Source: Gemmatimonadales bacterium (GTDB lineage: Bacteria > Gemmatimonadota > Gemmatimonadetes > Gemmatimonadales > GWC2-71-9). From it: a stretch of 64,000 nt of DNA. A program made the translations under genes and the position numbers. How positions within the stretch are numbered: the stretch's first letter is position 1; the number at the start of each line of letters is the position of its first letter. The stretch is from positions 1 through 64,000 of the forward strand of contig JBDIWC010000002.1 in NCBI GenBank assembly GCA_039794085.1, written 5' to 3'. A model generated the notes under the pieces. That model saw nothing but the letters and a program-made list of their open reading frames with translations. It did no database searches and had not been told where the DNA came from. Below are positions 41,186 through 50,624 of this stretch, one piece after another.

Positions 41186-42472
41186 TTACGCCGACTCCTC
41201 CCTGGATGCTGCGCTCGACGCCGTGTCCTGAAGCCGACTCAGAATGTTGATCCCCGTCGCCGCTTCGATCTGCTTGGTCAACTGAATGATCGCTGTCGGG
41301 AGCTGCCCCGCGGCGTTGGCCACTCCCGTGGCCCCACTGCCTGAATCGAATACCGTCACCTTGTCGATCTGCATCTCCCCCACCGACCCGCTGATCTCCC
41401 GGATGATGTCGGGGAGCATGTTCAGAATGAAGATCCGCTCGGCCTCCGTCCCCGCCGACTGATACAGCTTGATCGTCTGCTCCAGCACGAACAGCTTCGC
41501 CTTCCCGTCCTCCGCGATCGTGGCGGCAACACCCTTGGCGCGCGCTTCGGCCGCTTCCTGTTCAGCCCGCGCGGGAAGGAGCACATCGGCCTCGAGGCGC
41601 CGCTGTTCCAGACTGATTCTCTCCTGCTGCAGCGTCTGCTCGGCCACCACCCGCGCCTTCTCGCCGGCCACCACCGCCTCGGACTCGCGCGCCATCGCCT
41701 CCCCCTCCAGTTCGGCCCGTCTCACCCGGAGTCGATTGCTTTCCTCGGCGATGCGCAGGTCCGCCTGCAACGCCGCCACCTGCGCCGCCTGTCGCGCGGC
41801 TGCTTCCGTCTGTTCCGCCTCCGCCGACCGCTGCGCCTCGGCCACCCGGGAGATCTTGAGAATCTCCGCCGTCTTCTGACGTCCGATTGAGCCGAGGTAG
41901 TTCACCTCGTCGGTCACGTTCTGGATCTTCAGGGTGTCGAGCTCGAGGCCGAGCTTGCGGAGATCCTCGTCGGCCTCCTCGATCAGCCGTTGGGCAAACT
42001 TCAGCCGGTCCTCGTTCACCTCTTCGGGGGTCAGGGTGGCGAGCACACCGCGGAGGTTCCCTTCCAGGGTGTCCTTGGCAATCTGCATCACCTCGTCGAA
42101 CGGCTTGTCGAGGAGCCGCTCCACCGCGTTGTGCGACGTCGGATCGCGTCCGCTGACTTTCACGTTCGCGATGCCCTGCACCAGCAGGGGAATGCCACCC
42201 TTCGAGTAGGCGTTCCGAACCGCCACCTCGATCGGGATGGTGCGGAGGTCGATCCGCGACACCCGCTCGATCAGGGGGATCCGCAGAGTCCGGCCTCCGC
42301 GCAGAACGCGATAGCCAATCTCACGCCCGTCGACCGCAGTGCGCCTCCGGCCGGTGATGACCACCATCTCGTTGGGCAGGCAGATGACGATCAGGGCCTT
42401 GACCGCGAGGATGATGGCGAGGATGACGCCCAGGAGGACGGCTCCGATGGTCCCGACAACGACGAGGTCCAT
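41186..42472 (-). CDS. Flotillin/SPFH-domain protein
   Basis: N-terminal TM helix, SPFH (TLEGNLRGVL, LKIQNVTD), AE-rich coiled coil. Confidence 0.9.
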   Translation of the reverse strand: MDLVVVGTIGAVLLGVILAIILAVKALIVICLPNEMVVITGRRRTAVDGREIGYRVLRGGRTLRIPLIERVSRIDLRTIPIEVAVRNAYSKGGIPLLVQGIANVKVSGRDPTSHNAVERLLDKPFDEVMQIAKDTLEGNLRGVLATLTPEEVNEDRLKFAQRLIEEADEDLRKLGLELDTLKIQNVTDEVNYLGSIGRQKTAEILKISRVAEAQRSAEAEQTEAAARQAAQVAALQADLRIAEESNRLRVRRAELEGEAMARESEAVVAGEKARVVAEQTLQQERISLEQRRLEADVLLPARAEQEAAEARAKGVAATIAEDGKAKLFVLEQTIKLYQSAGTEAERIFILNMLPDIIREISGSVGEMQIDKVTVFDSGSGATGVANAAGQLPTAIIQLTKQIEAATGINILSRLQDTASSAASREESA

Positions 42473-42482
42473 GCGTTTTCTC

Positions 42483-43046
42483 TCAGGTGGAGGGGGGAAT
42501 CTCGAGCTGAGTGGCCGCCATGACGCTGGCCACCCCATGGGAGGTACTCAGGATGATCACTTCCTGGCCGACCGCGAGGGGAGCGTCCACTTCGCCGGCC
42601 AGGGTCGCCGTCAGGTACATCTCGCGCCCGGCGATGAGGCAGGCGATCTGCCCCGGATTTTCCGCGCTGATCGGAAGGACGACCCGGGCCAGGGCTCCGT
42701 GGAAGTCCTCGTCCCCCAGGATGTCGACGGAGGAGTCGGTCCGACGGAGCCAGGTGAAGACGCCGTGAGCCAGTCCCATCGACACGACGCCGAGCGCCGC
42801 CGCCGTCCCCATCACGATGACGGGTGCCACTCCGAATGCCGTCAGGAGGAGGCCGGTCACACCGAAGGCCGCGAGGAGGAAGGTGAGGTTCCGGGTGCTG
42901 AAGAGCCCGAGAAGGAAATGCGTCGCGCCACCCGAGTCGCCGTCGTCCAGGTCGGCAGCGTCCGCCCCGTCGTCGTCGCCGCCCAACGTGGAGAACATCA
43001 GGAGGCCGAGTCCAATGATGGTGCACAGCAGATAGACCGACGTCAT
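42483..43046 (-). CDS. NfeD-like partner of flotillin
   Basis: 3 TM helices plus OB-fold-like C-terminus, upstream of flotillin. Confidence 0.8.
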   Translation of the reverse strand: MTSVYLLCTIIGLGLLMFSTLGGDDDGADAADLDDGDSGGATHFLLGLFSTRNLTFLLAAFGVTGLLLTAFGVAPVIVMGTAAALGVVSMGLAHGVFTWLRRTDSSVDILGDEDFHGALARVVLPISAENPGQIACLIAGREMYLTATLAGEVDAPLAVGQEVIILSTSHGVASVMAATQLEIPPST

Positions 43047-43139
43047 CCACGATCACCTCGTGGCGTTGGGAGAGTGCCTGAAGATTGTCTGGTCGGGCCA
43101 GGCTTGGGAAGAGTAAGCCGGTGCCGCCTTGCGGGAATC

Positions 43140-43430
43140 TCAGGCATCGGCGTGGGCCGCCCTTTCGGCAGCGAAGACCTCCTCCGGGGATTTTCCGGTC
43201 AATCGCATGTACATGGCGTCGGGACAGAGATCGATCTCGGCTCCCCAGGCAATGGCACCGTGGGAAGCAATCTGAACCGACTCAAAGAGCTTCGGGTTGT
43301 TCCAGGCGGCAAAGACACCGCGTCCGGCCAGGTCGGAGAGATCAATTTCCCCTTCGGCACCGTCATCAAAACGAAGCCAGATCCTGTGGTCCGCGAGCGC
43401 CTTGACGTCAACAGGCTTCGGCATGGTCAC
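43140..43430 (-). CDS. DUF2442-family protein
   Basis: IWLRFDDGAEGEIDL, IAW...DLCPDAMY; AGGAGG RBS. Confidence 0.8.
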   Translation of the reverse strand: MTMPKPVDVKALADHRIWLRFDDGAEGEIDLSDLAGRGVFAAWNNPKLFESVQIASHGAIAWGAEIDLCPDAMYMRLTGKSPEEVFAAERAAHADA

Positions 43431-43460
43431 CGGCCTCCTGAATCGTGGAAGACAACAACA

Positions 43461-43649
43461 CTACCACCGCCGACACGGCAAAGCCTCGCCATGCTCCATC
43501 CGGTTGGCCAACGATCGGAGGGCGAGCGCCTGGACTCGGGCAACAGCATCGGGCCGTGTCACTCCGTAAGCCATGACACCGGGGAGGTCAGTGATCTCCG
43601 CCAACCAGCGGCCATCCGACTCCTGTTCGACTTCAAGGTGAAGCACCAT
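43461..43649 (-). CDS. HicB-like antitoxin (short, possibly truncated)
   Basis: EVEQESDGRWLAEITDLPGVMAYG.T...A pattern typical of HicB. Confidence 0.72.
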   Translation of the reverse strand: MVLHLEVEQESDGRWLAEITDLPGVMAYGVTRPDAVARVQALALRSLANRMEHGEALPCRRW

Positions 43650-43752
43650 GGGAATTCCCTTTCGTGGGCCCCTGCAATGTAGCACCAATGACGGGAGGGG
43701 CCCCAGCATCTCGACTCCAACCGGCGGCCGCTGGCTTCAATGTGGGGTCCGG

Positions 43753-43787
43753 AAAGAGAAAGGCCCCAACCGAGGCTGGGGCCCTTC
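43753..43787 (-). terminator. Intrinsic terminator of ssrA
   Basis: GAAGGGCCCCAGCCTCGGTTGGGGCCTTTCTCTTT hairpin plus pyrimidine tail just after the tmRNA 3' end. Confidence 0.8.
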
Positions 43788-43795
43788 CTGGAGCA

Positions 43796-44156
43796 TGGAG
43801 GCGCAGGGAATTGAACCCTGGTCCGAATCAAGTTCCAGCACCACGTCTACGTGCGTAGGCCGGTCTTCATGCTTTGGGGCCCGGACGGCGACTCGGCCGG
43901 CCTTCCGTACCCCTTCCTCCTGAGATCTCGCCGCAGACGTCGGAGGACCGCCCTTGGCCAGCCCGGATTTGCGATCCGATGACGACGCCCCGGGCGGGCT
44001 TCGAACACCGGAGGTGCTTCAGCGAGCAGAGCTCAGCTTAAGCAGCCATTGCCAGGTTAGAGTTGGCAAGTAGTGTTTTCCAAACGGTTTAGCCAGGAGC
44101 CTGGACCTGGGCACGCTGCGATACCTTCTTCTGACCCGTCGAAACCGGTCGCCCCC
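43796..44156 (-). ncRNA. ssrA: tmRNA; tag peptide ANSNLAMAA (44067-44038)
   Basis: 5' GGGGGCGACCGGTTTCGAC; 3' GGTTCAATTCCCTGCGCCTCCA (T-arm, acceptor stem with G3-U wobble); CCA not encoded. Confidence 0.95.
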
Positions 44157-44283
44157 CTGTAGGAGAACACCTGAATGGTAGCGGCACCGGTACCCGGCGG
44201 CAACCCCGGCAACCCACAGTACGCAGGGTGAGCCTCGGCCGGAGCCGAAGCCACCGAGTCGCAATGAGTTGGGCGGCCGGGGC

Positions 44284-44328
44284 TTGTAAAATAATTCACA
44301 AAGGGACGAAAACAAGACGTGACCCCGC
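44284..44328. repeat. Second copy of the palindrome + CAAGnCnTGACCCCGC element
   Basis: TTGTAAAATAATTCACAAA...ACAAGACGTGACCCCGC aligns with 8701-8743. Confidence 0.7.
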
Positions 44329-44383
44329 CGGGGTTCGGATTTCCCGGGGCTCACGCCCCTTGCTCGGCCAGTTGAGGTGGGAA

Positions 44384-44407
44384 GGGCGGTTCACGAACCG
44401 CCCCTAC
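44384..44407 (-). repeat. GTAG-family REP hairpin
   Basis: GTAGGGGCGGTTCGTGAACCGCCC; degenerate copy at ~38327-38347. Confidence 0.78.
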
Positions 44408-44497
44408 GCGCCACCGGGTGCGCAGGCAAGACCTGACCCCACCCACCGCTGAGTGCGGTGTCCCCCGGGGACTCTCCACCCCGAGGGCAACCGAGCC

Positions 44498-45082
44498 TCA
44501 GAACCAGAACCCGACTGTGACCGGGAACCACTGCTTGCCTGCGATGCGAGTGCCAGTCAGCCCCAACCATCGGGCCTCGACTTGGAGAGGGATTCTGAGC
44601 AGGCGGCTCCGCACACCCACACCGGCGCTGAGAGCCGGTGAAAACACCGTCTGTTTCAACGTCATGGCCGGAGCGCCGGAGATGGGGCTGGCAGGCAGGA
44701 ACACTCGCCTGTTGCTGACCGCAGCCCCGCCACCCACCGCCACGTAGGGGCCCACCTTCCCCGACGTGATCGGGACCACTCCCTCGAGCGTCACCGCGGC
44801 CACCTTGTCGATGGAAACGGACCGGGCGTTCGACTGGGTCACCGCCGGATCGATGCGAGCATAATCCCCGCCCAGGCGGATCAGGACCGGGGACCCGGAG
44901 GGACGGAACGTGAGTGCCCCCCGTGCCGACAGGTTGGCGCCCACGTTGAGGACGCCGCCCGCCGGGGAACCGAGTACCTTCCCAATCCCCAAAGACGCCG
45001 TCCATCGAGGCTCTTGGCTGTGACCGCGCTCTGAAGCGCCGAGGACGAGCGTTCCAAGAAGGATTCCCGATGTGACTTTCAT
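44498..45082 (-). CDS. Small outer-membrane beta-barrel protein (hypothetical)
   Basis: Signal peptide, alternating beta-strands, PYVAVGGG, C-terminal VTVGFWF beta-signal; AAGGAGG RBS (alternative GTG start 45088). Confidence 0.72.
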   Translation of the reverse strand: MKVTSGILLGTLVLGASERGHSQEPRWTASLGIGKVLGSPAGGVLNVGANLSARGALTFRPSGSPVLIRLGGDYARIDPAVTQSNARSVSIDKVAAVTLEGVVPITSGKVGPYVAVGGGAAVSNRRVFLPASPISGAPAMTLKQTVFSPALSAGVGVRSRLLRIPLQVEARWLGLTGTRIAGKQWFPVTVGFWF

Positions 45083-45099
45083 CTTCACTGCCTCCTTGA

Positions 45100-46243
45100 T
45101 CACGGCGCGAACTGCACTGCCACCCACTGGTTGCACCCCATACCCCCAGTACTTGCGCAGGTTGCGCCGTACCCGGTGTTCGACTGCCACAGGGGAGCAA
45201 ATCCGTTCCGTATCTGAGTGACTCGAGGTGCATGAAAGAAGAAACCCGGCGGTGGTGCAATGAAATCGGAGAAGATGTCATCACCATTCACATTGAGGAA
45301 CCCATCGGTTTCCTTCACGATCACGTCGAGGAAGGCCACTTCGAAGACGGTGCTCCCATGCACCACCATACCTCCTGTGCACCGGGGATCACCCTCACCG
45401 ACAACTTCGGAGTTGCCAATGCCTTCGCAGCGCAGTCGGCTTTGGAAGAGCCCGTTCGAGTCCGTGGAAGGGAACTCAAACTCATTTCCTTCAGAACAGT
45501 TGCCGTTGTCACAGATTCCGTTGGTTTGAAGGGTCACCAGTCTTTGTTCGGGAGTCCCTCCCCCACCTCCATCGATGTTGCACTCGAGCAAGACCGTGGG
45601 ATCGCAGAACTCGGATGTCATGGGCACCACGGTCAGCGTGTCGCCACCGGTGCGCTGTTTGCGTCCCGGCCGCCACTTCGATTCCGCAGGCGCGATGAGG
45701 AGGGTGGGAACAACGGGAGCTACCGACTTGTCGAGAATCACTGCAGCCCCCGACCGGGAGATCCCAAAAAGATCCGTGGAACCCGGAGTTCGAACGACGA
45801 CCGAGACCTCCTCGTCGGAGCGCCACGTTTTCCGGTGGGCTGCCAGTGGCATGTAGACTTCGACTCTTGGCAGCGCCCTGATTGCACCCCGGACGTCCTC
45901 TGCGCGCTCGCCCGTCGCCTTGCGCATGGCCTCCAGCACGGCCTGACCCTCTGGCCAATCCGCGAAGTTCTCAAGCACGAGTTTGTATTCCGGCATCGTT
46001 GACTCGCGGAGGGCCCGATGAAGGGCCGCCCGGGCCGTCGGATCCTGGAGCGCACTATTCAGCCAGCGCGCGAAAGTGAGGAACTGCCCCGTCTGACTAC
46101 CAACCGCCCCGGTTTCCTGCCCCACGGTGGGACTTGCGCCTTTCTCGGGGGCTGAAAGCCCCCCCCCCCCCCCCGGAATCTCCTGCAGAACATCCCAACG
46201 CTGTGACCATCCCGATGATGAACGACGGTGCTCGAAATCTCAT
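45100..46243 (-). pseudogene. Lipoprotein gene frameshifted at a G16 tract (phase-variable or sequencing error)
   Basis: GGAGG-ATG 46243 MRFRAPSFIIGMVTALGC; G16 at 46159-46174; G15 would join it to ORF 45100-46125 (380 aa). Confidence 0.75.
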
Positions 46244-46369
46244 CTCCGTCCTCCTGTGGTTCGCTCGTCGCGCCAGCCGCACCAACGCTCACCAATTCAG
46301 AACCAAGTACCATCACTTCGCTGGACAGGCGCACAAGCAACAGTGTCGCTGGTGAGCTATTGTCCAGAT

Positions 46370-46398
46370 TACATAACACCGTACCACTGTCTTGTCAA
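46370..46398 (-). promoter_or_regulatory. Putative sigma70 promoter of the lipoprotein islet
   Basis: TTGACA-17 bp-TATGTA with TG extension; 14-bp palindrome CAGACTTAAGTCTG at 46403-46416 just upstream. Confidence 0.5.
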
Positions 46399-46461
46399 CC
46401 CCCAGACTTAAGTCTGTAGTCATTGCGGGCGCCAGCCGGGATGACGACGAGGGGGGTGGTC

Positions 46462-47832
46462 TCACCCTGACCGCACGCAGTTCCGGCCCGCCTCCTTCGC
46501 CCGGTACAGCGCCGCATCGGCCTGGGCCGCCAGGTTCTCCCGGGCATTGGTCGTTCCCGGCCACGCCGCCACTCCGAACGACGCCGTGAGCGACCACTCG
46601 GTCCCCTGAAACATCCACGTTGCCTCCGCCAGCGCCTCCCGGACCCGTTCCGCCACGCCACAGCCATGGGCCAGATCCTGATCGGGAAGCCAGATGGCGA
46701 ACTCCTCTCCTCCCACCCGGCCCGACACATCCCGTCCCCGCACCAGTCGCTCCAGGATCGCCGCGAAGTGGACCAGCGCCGCATCGCCGGCGGCGTGACC
46801 CAGGGTGTCGTTCACCCGCTTGAAGTGATCGAGATCGGCCGCGATGTACACTCCGCGCACCACGCCCACGGCCTGCATCGCCGCCTCGAACCCCCGGCGG
46901 TTGCGGAGTCCGGTGAGGGGGTCCCGCACCGCCTGATCCTGCTCCTCCCGCCGGGCAAGGGCCGCCTGGAGCCGGGGGCCCGCCGCGTCGAGTGCATTCT
47001 GCAACGCGGCGAACGCTGGGCCGCAGAGCTCATCGCCACCCGCTGTCCAGAGAACGGCGGCTCCCACCGGCTCTCCCTCCGCAGAGATCGGATAGACCAG
47101 GCTCCGCCGCTCCCGGTGGCGCCGGTCCCCCGGGTCGATTCCCACGGGATCGTAGGCCACCACCATCTCGCGGTTCTCCCCCCGGGCCACCCGGTCCGCC
47201 GCCGTTCCCGGCATCACGCGCGCATGCAGGAGCCGGGTGTCCCCCCGGAGCGCCACCCCAAGGATCTCCACTCCCCTCGAATGCCGCAGGACCACGAGGG
47301 TGTCCCCCTCGCAGATCCGTTCCAACTGGTGGGCCAATCGGACCGCGATGCTCTCGACCGATTCCCCCGGGCGCTCCTGTTCCCGGGCCACCCGGGTGAG
47401 GAGCGGCCGGGACTGGAGAAGATGGAGTAGATGCCGAAGGTCCTCGATTGCGTCCGGAGGGGGTAAGGAGTCGTGGACCAGCATTCCCGCCGCGGGTGGC
47501 CGGGCGACCCAGAGGAGCGTGCCCCAGGCCGTCCTCTCCACCCCCTCACGGTCGTTGCCCCGTGCCACCGTCCGCAGGCGCTCCTCCAGTGCCTCATGGG
47601 TTTCGGTCCCCGAGGCCACGGTTCCATGGAAGATCACGTCGTTCTGGTCCAGGCAGATCAGGATCCCGCGCGCTCCGGTGGCCCTGAGAACCCAGTCGAG
47701 AAGGGGATCGGTCCCGCTGCCCCGGGATGGAGCAGGCGCGGTCCGCTCACCCCGCGATGCCCGGCGGCCCCGTGCCACCCAGCCCGCGATCCCGCCCGCG
47801 GCGAGCCCCACGAGCAGGAGAACCACCTCCAT
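46462..47832 (-). CDS. Diguanylate cyclase (GGDEF domain) with N-terminal TM helix and GAF-like region
   Basis: DPLTGLRNRR, DLDHFKRVND, RVGGEEF, ADAALYRAK. Confidence 0.9.
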   Translation of the reverse strand: MEVVLLLVGLAAGGIAGWVARGRRASRGERTAPAPSRGSGTDPLLDWVLRATGARGILICLDQNDVIFHGTVASGTETHEALEERLRTVARGNDREGVERTAWGTLLWVARPPAAGMLVHDSLPPPDAIEDLRHLLHLLQSRPLLTRVAREQERPGESVESIAVRLAHQLERICEGDTLVVLRHSRGVEILGVALRGDTRLLHARVMPGTAADRVARGENREMVVAYDPVGIDPGDRRHRERRSLVYPISAEGEPVGAAVLWTAGGDELCGPAFAALQNALDAAGPRLQAALARREEQDQAVRDPLTGLRNRRGFEAAMQAVGVVRGVYIAADLDHFKRVNDTLGHAAGDAALVHFAAILERLVRGRDVSGRVGGEEFAIWLPDQDLAHGCGVAERVREALAEATWMFQGTEWSLTASFGVAAWPGTTNARENLAAQADAALYRAKEAGRNCVRSG

Positions 47833-47833
47833 G

Positions 47834-48754
47834 TCAGCGTGGTCCGCCCAACCACCCGCGCCGACGGAACCACCAGGCGATCCCCACCGAGAGGAACACC
47901 ATCGCCACCAGCACGAGGGGATAGCCGAATCGGCTCGCCAGCTCGGGCATATGGGCAAAGTTCATCCCGTAGACACCGACGATGAACGTGAGGGGGAGAA
48001 AGAAGGCGCTGAAGACGGTGAGCACTCGCATGACCTCATTGGTCCGGTGCGACGCCACCGACAGATGCACCGCAAGGAGGTTGTTCAACTCCTCGATCAA
48101 CTGGTCGGCGTAGAAGTGCCATGCCTCCGCGCTCTCCCGCAGATCCTGGAACAGGGGCACGGCACGCTCGGCCGGGGCCACGAACTGATGGATCACGCCC
48201 TGGGTCTTGAACAGCACCCGGCGAATCAGGGTCACCCGCCTCTTCTGGAGATAGATCGTCTCCAGCGGCGCCGGCCCGCTCCGGTCGAACACGCTCTCCT
48301 CGAACCGCTCGATCACCTCTTCAAGTTCCTCCAGCGGCGGACCGTACGTGGCGAGCACCGCATGGGTGACCACCGCCAGAAGCGAGGAGGCGGTGTCCTC
48401 CGATGTCCGGCGTTCGGTCAGGTTTCCCCGGGCCTCCAGCATGGCGGCGAAGAAGGGCTGGTCCACCCGCCGGATGGTCATGAAAAGGTCCGGCCGGTAG
48501 AAGATGGAGATCTTGCGCGTGACCTCCTGCACGCCCGAGGCGTCCGGCGGCGCCGCTTCATCGATGGCCCGGAGAATCACGAAGGTGGTGTCGCCGATCC
48601 GTTCGTACTTGGGCAGATGCTCGGGGTCGAGACAGTCCTCCACCGAGGTTCGGTGAAGCCCATGCTCGATGGCAAGGAGACCCAGCTCCTCGCGCGTGGG
48701 GTTGACCACATCGATCCAGGCCAGGCCGTTCGTCACGGGAATCTGGCGAATCAT
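47834..48754 (-). CDS. corA: CorA-family Mg2+/Co2+ transporter
   Basis: TNEVMRVLT, YGMNF..MPEL. Confidence 0.88.
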   Translation of the reverse strand: MIRQIPVTNGLAWIDVVNPTREELGLLAIEHGLHRTSVEDCLDPEHLPKYERIGDTTFVILRAIDEAAPPDASGVQEVTRKISIFYRPDLFMTIRRVDQPFFAAMLEARGNLTERRTSEDTASSLLAVVTHAVLATYGPPLEELEEVIERFEESVFDRSGPAPLETIYLQKRRVTLIRRVLFKTQGVIHQFVAPAERAVPLFQDLRESAEAWHFYADQLIEELNNLLAVHLSVASHRTNEVMRVLTVFSAFFLPLTFIVGVYGMNFAHMPELASRFGYPLVLVAMVFLSVGIAWWFRRRGWLGGPR

Positions 48755-49509
48755 GGTTCCATCCCTCGCAGAATGCGCACGGCGGCCATCGCGGCTCCGA
48801 ACCCGTTGTCCACGTTCACCACGGTGACGCCCGCCGCACAACTGTTCAGCATTCCCAGCAGCGCGGCCACCCCTCCAAACGAGGCCCCGTACCCCACGCT
48901 GGTGGGCACCGCAATGACCGGTTGCCGCACCAGTCCCCCGACCACGCTGGGCAGCGCCCCTTCCATGCCAGCCACCACGATGATGACTCCGGCACGCCGG
49001 AGCGCGTCACCGTTGGAGAGAAGGCGGTGGATCCCCGCCACCCCAACGTCGTTCAGCCGCTCCACCGCTACTCCCGCCGCCTCGGCCACAACGGCGGCCT
49101 CCTCACTTACCGGAAGGTCGCTGGTGCCGGCGGTGACGATGCACACTGGCGCTCCCACGGGATCCCCCGTCGTGGAGGAGCGGAGCCAGAGGGTTCGGCC
49201 GAGGGTGTTGTAGTGAACGTCGGGATACGCGCGGCACACGAGCTCGGCCTGCACCGGTGTCGCCCGGGTGACCAGAAAGGAGCCATGCACCTCGGCCAGG
49301 CGACCACAGATCTGCACCACCTGTTCCGGTTCCTTGCCCGCCCCGAACACCACCTCGGGAAACCCGGTGCGCAGGGCCCGGTGATGATCGATGGAGGCGA
49401 AGGGGAGATTCCCGGTGGGGAAGTCCCGGAGCCGGGCCAGCGCATCCTCCGGAGAGAGTCGGCTCTCCGCCACCGCGCTCAGCAGGGCCGCGAGATCGTC
49501 GCGGTTCAC
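48751..49509 (-). CDS. larB: Nickel-pincer cofactor biosynthesis carboxylase LarB (PurE-like)
   Basis: DHHR.LRTGFPEV, AGTSD, DVGVAGIHR, GMEGAL, PTSVGYG, VVNVDNGFGA. Confidence 0.9.
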   Translation of the reverse strand: MNRDDLAALLSAVAESRLSPEDALARLRDFPTGNLPFASIDHHRALRTGFPEVVFGAGKEPEQVVQICGRLAEVHGSFLVTRATPVQAELVCRAYPDVHYNTLGRTLWLRSSTTGDPVGAPVCIVTAGTSDLPVSEEAAVVAEAAGVAVERLNDVGVAGIHRLLSNGDALRRAGVIIVVAGMEGALPSVVGGLVRQPVIAVPTSVGYGASFGGVAALLGMLNSCAAGVTVVNVDNGFGAAMAAVRILRGMEP

Positions 49510-50489
49510 GCCGCGCAGGACACCGGTTCGAGGTAGGCCTGGAAGATCGCTTCGGCCTCGGCCATCGACTCGACCTGAAAGAGCCGCTGGCGGAGCGTCG
49601 AGGAACCGGGGAGCCCCTTGGTGTACCAGCCGAAGTGCTTCCGGAACTCGACCACGGTGCGCCGGGTGTCGCCCTGGAGCTCGAGGGCGAGCCGGGCATG
49701 CTCCAAGGCCACCGCGAACCGCTCCGCAGCAGACGGCGCCTCCGGGAGCGGTTCCCCGCGAAGGAGTGCCCGGCCCGCGGCAAAAACCCACGGATTTCCG
49801 AAGCTCCCCCGCCCCACCATCACCCCCGCGCACCCCGTGTGATCCCGCATCCGCACGATGTCCTGGGGCGACACGACATCGCCATTGCCGATGACGGGAA
49901 TGTCCAGCGCCTCGACGACCCGGGCAATCTCGTCCCAGTCGGCAGAGCCGGTGAACATCTGGGTCCGGGTCCGGGCGTGCAGCGTGAAGGCACGGGCTCC
50001 GGCATCCTGGATCCGCAGGGCGATCTCCACGGGTGTCCGCGTTGCACTGTCCCAGCCGCTTCGGGTCTTGACGGTGACCGGGAGGTGAGTGGCCTGGACC
50101 ACCGCCCGGATGATCCGGTTCACCAGGTCCATGTCCCGGAGGCACCCCGACCCCCCGTTCCGCTGTACCACCTTCTTGACCGGGCACCCGAAGTTGATGT
50201 CGATGAAATCGGGGGCGTAGGCTTCGGTCACCACGGCGGCGGCCCGCGCCATTCCCTCCGGATCGGCCCCGTAAATCTGAACCCCGATCGGCCGTTCCGA
50301 TTCCGCGAACTCGGCTCCCTCCAATGTCCGGCGGATGCCCCGGCGAATTGCCTCCGCCGAGAGAAACTCCGACATGAGCACGTCCGCCCCCATCCTCCGG
50401 CAGATCTGCCGAAAGGGAGCCTCGCTCACCCCGGCCATGGGAGCCAGGATCAGCGGGGTATCGAGTGACGGCGCATACGGTAAACGCAT
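49506..50489 (-). CDS. dusB: tRNA-dihydrouridine synthase B
   Basis: LAPMAG, DINFGCP, LHARTR, IGNGD. Confidence 0.92.
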   Translation of the reverse strand: MRLPYAPSLDTPLILAPMAGVSEAPFRQICRRMGADVLMSEFLSAEAIRRGIRRTLEGAEFAESERPIGVQIYGADPEGMARAAAVVTEAYAPDFIDINFGCPVKKVVQRNGGSGCLRDMDLVNRIIRAVVQATHLPVTVKTRSGWDSATRTPVEIALRIQDAGARAFTLHARTRTQMFTGSADWDEIARVVEALDIPVIGNGDVVSPQDIVRMRDHTGCAGVMVGRGSFGNPWVFAAGRALLRGEPLPEAPSAAERFAVALEHARLALELQGDTRRTVVEFRKHFGWYTKGLPGSSTLRQRLFQVESMAEAEAIFQAYLEPVSCAA

Positions 50490-50624
50490 GATTACAAGTT
50501 ACTTATGATGCTTGATCGCCACAAGGAACGGCACGGTTCCGGGCATCCTCGTCTCCTCCCCGCTCCAAGGTTTGGTGAACCACCGGTATGCATTTCAGCA
50601 AAGCCGCCATGAACGCTGCTCTTT

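Noticed and set aside
43050..43796. Prophage or integrative element at the tmRNA 3' end
   Set aside because: No integrase, and I found no duplicated ssrA 3' (att) sequence; only two small genes are present.
46393..46420. GTCAACCCCCAGACTTAAGTCTG resembling an IS200/IS605 or IscB omega-RNA end
   Set aside because: No tnpA/tnpB/iscB ORF nearby; better explained as a -35 box plus an operator-like palindrome.
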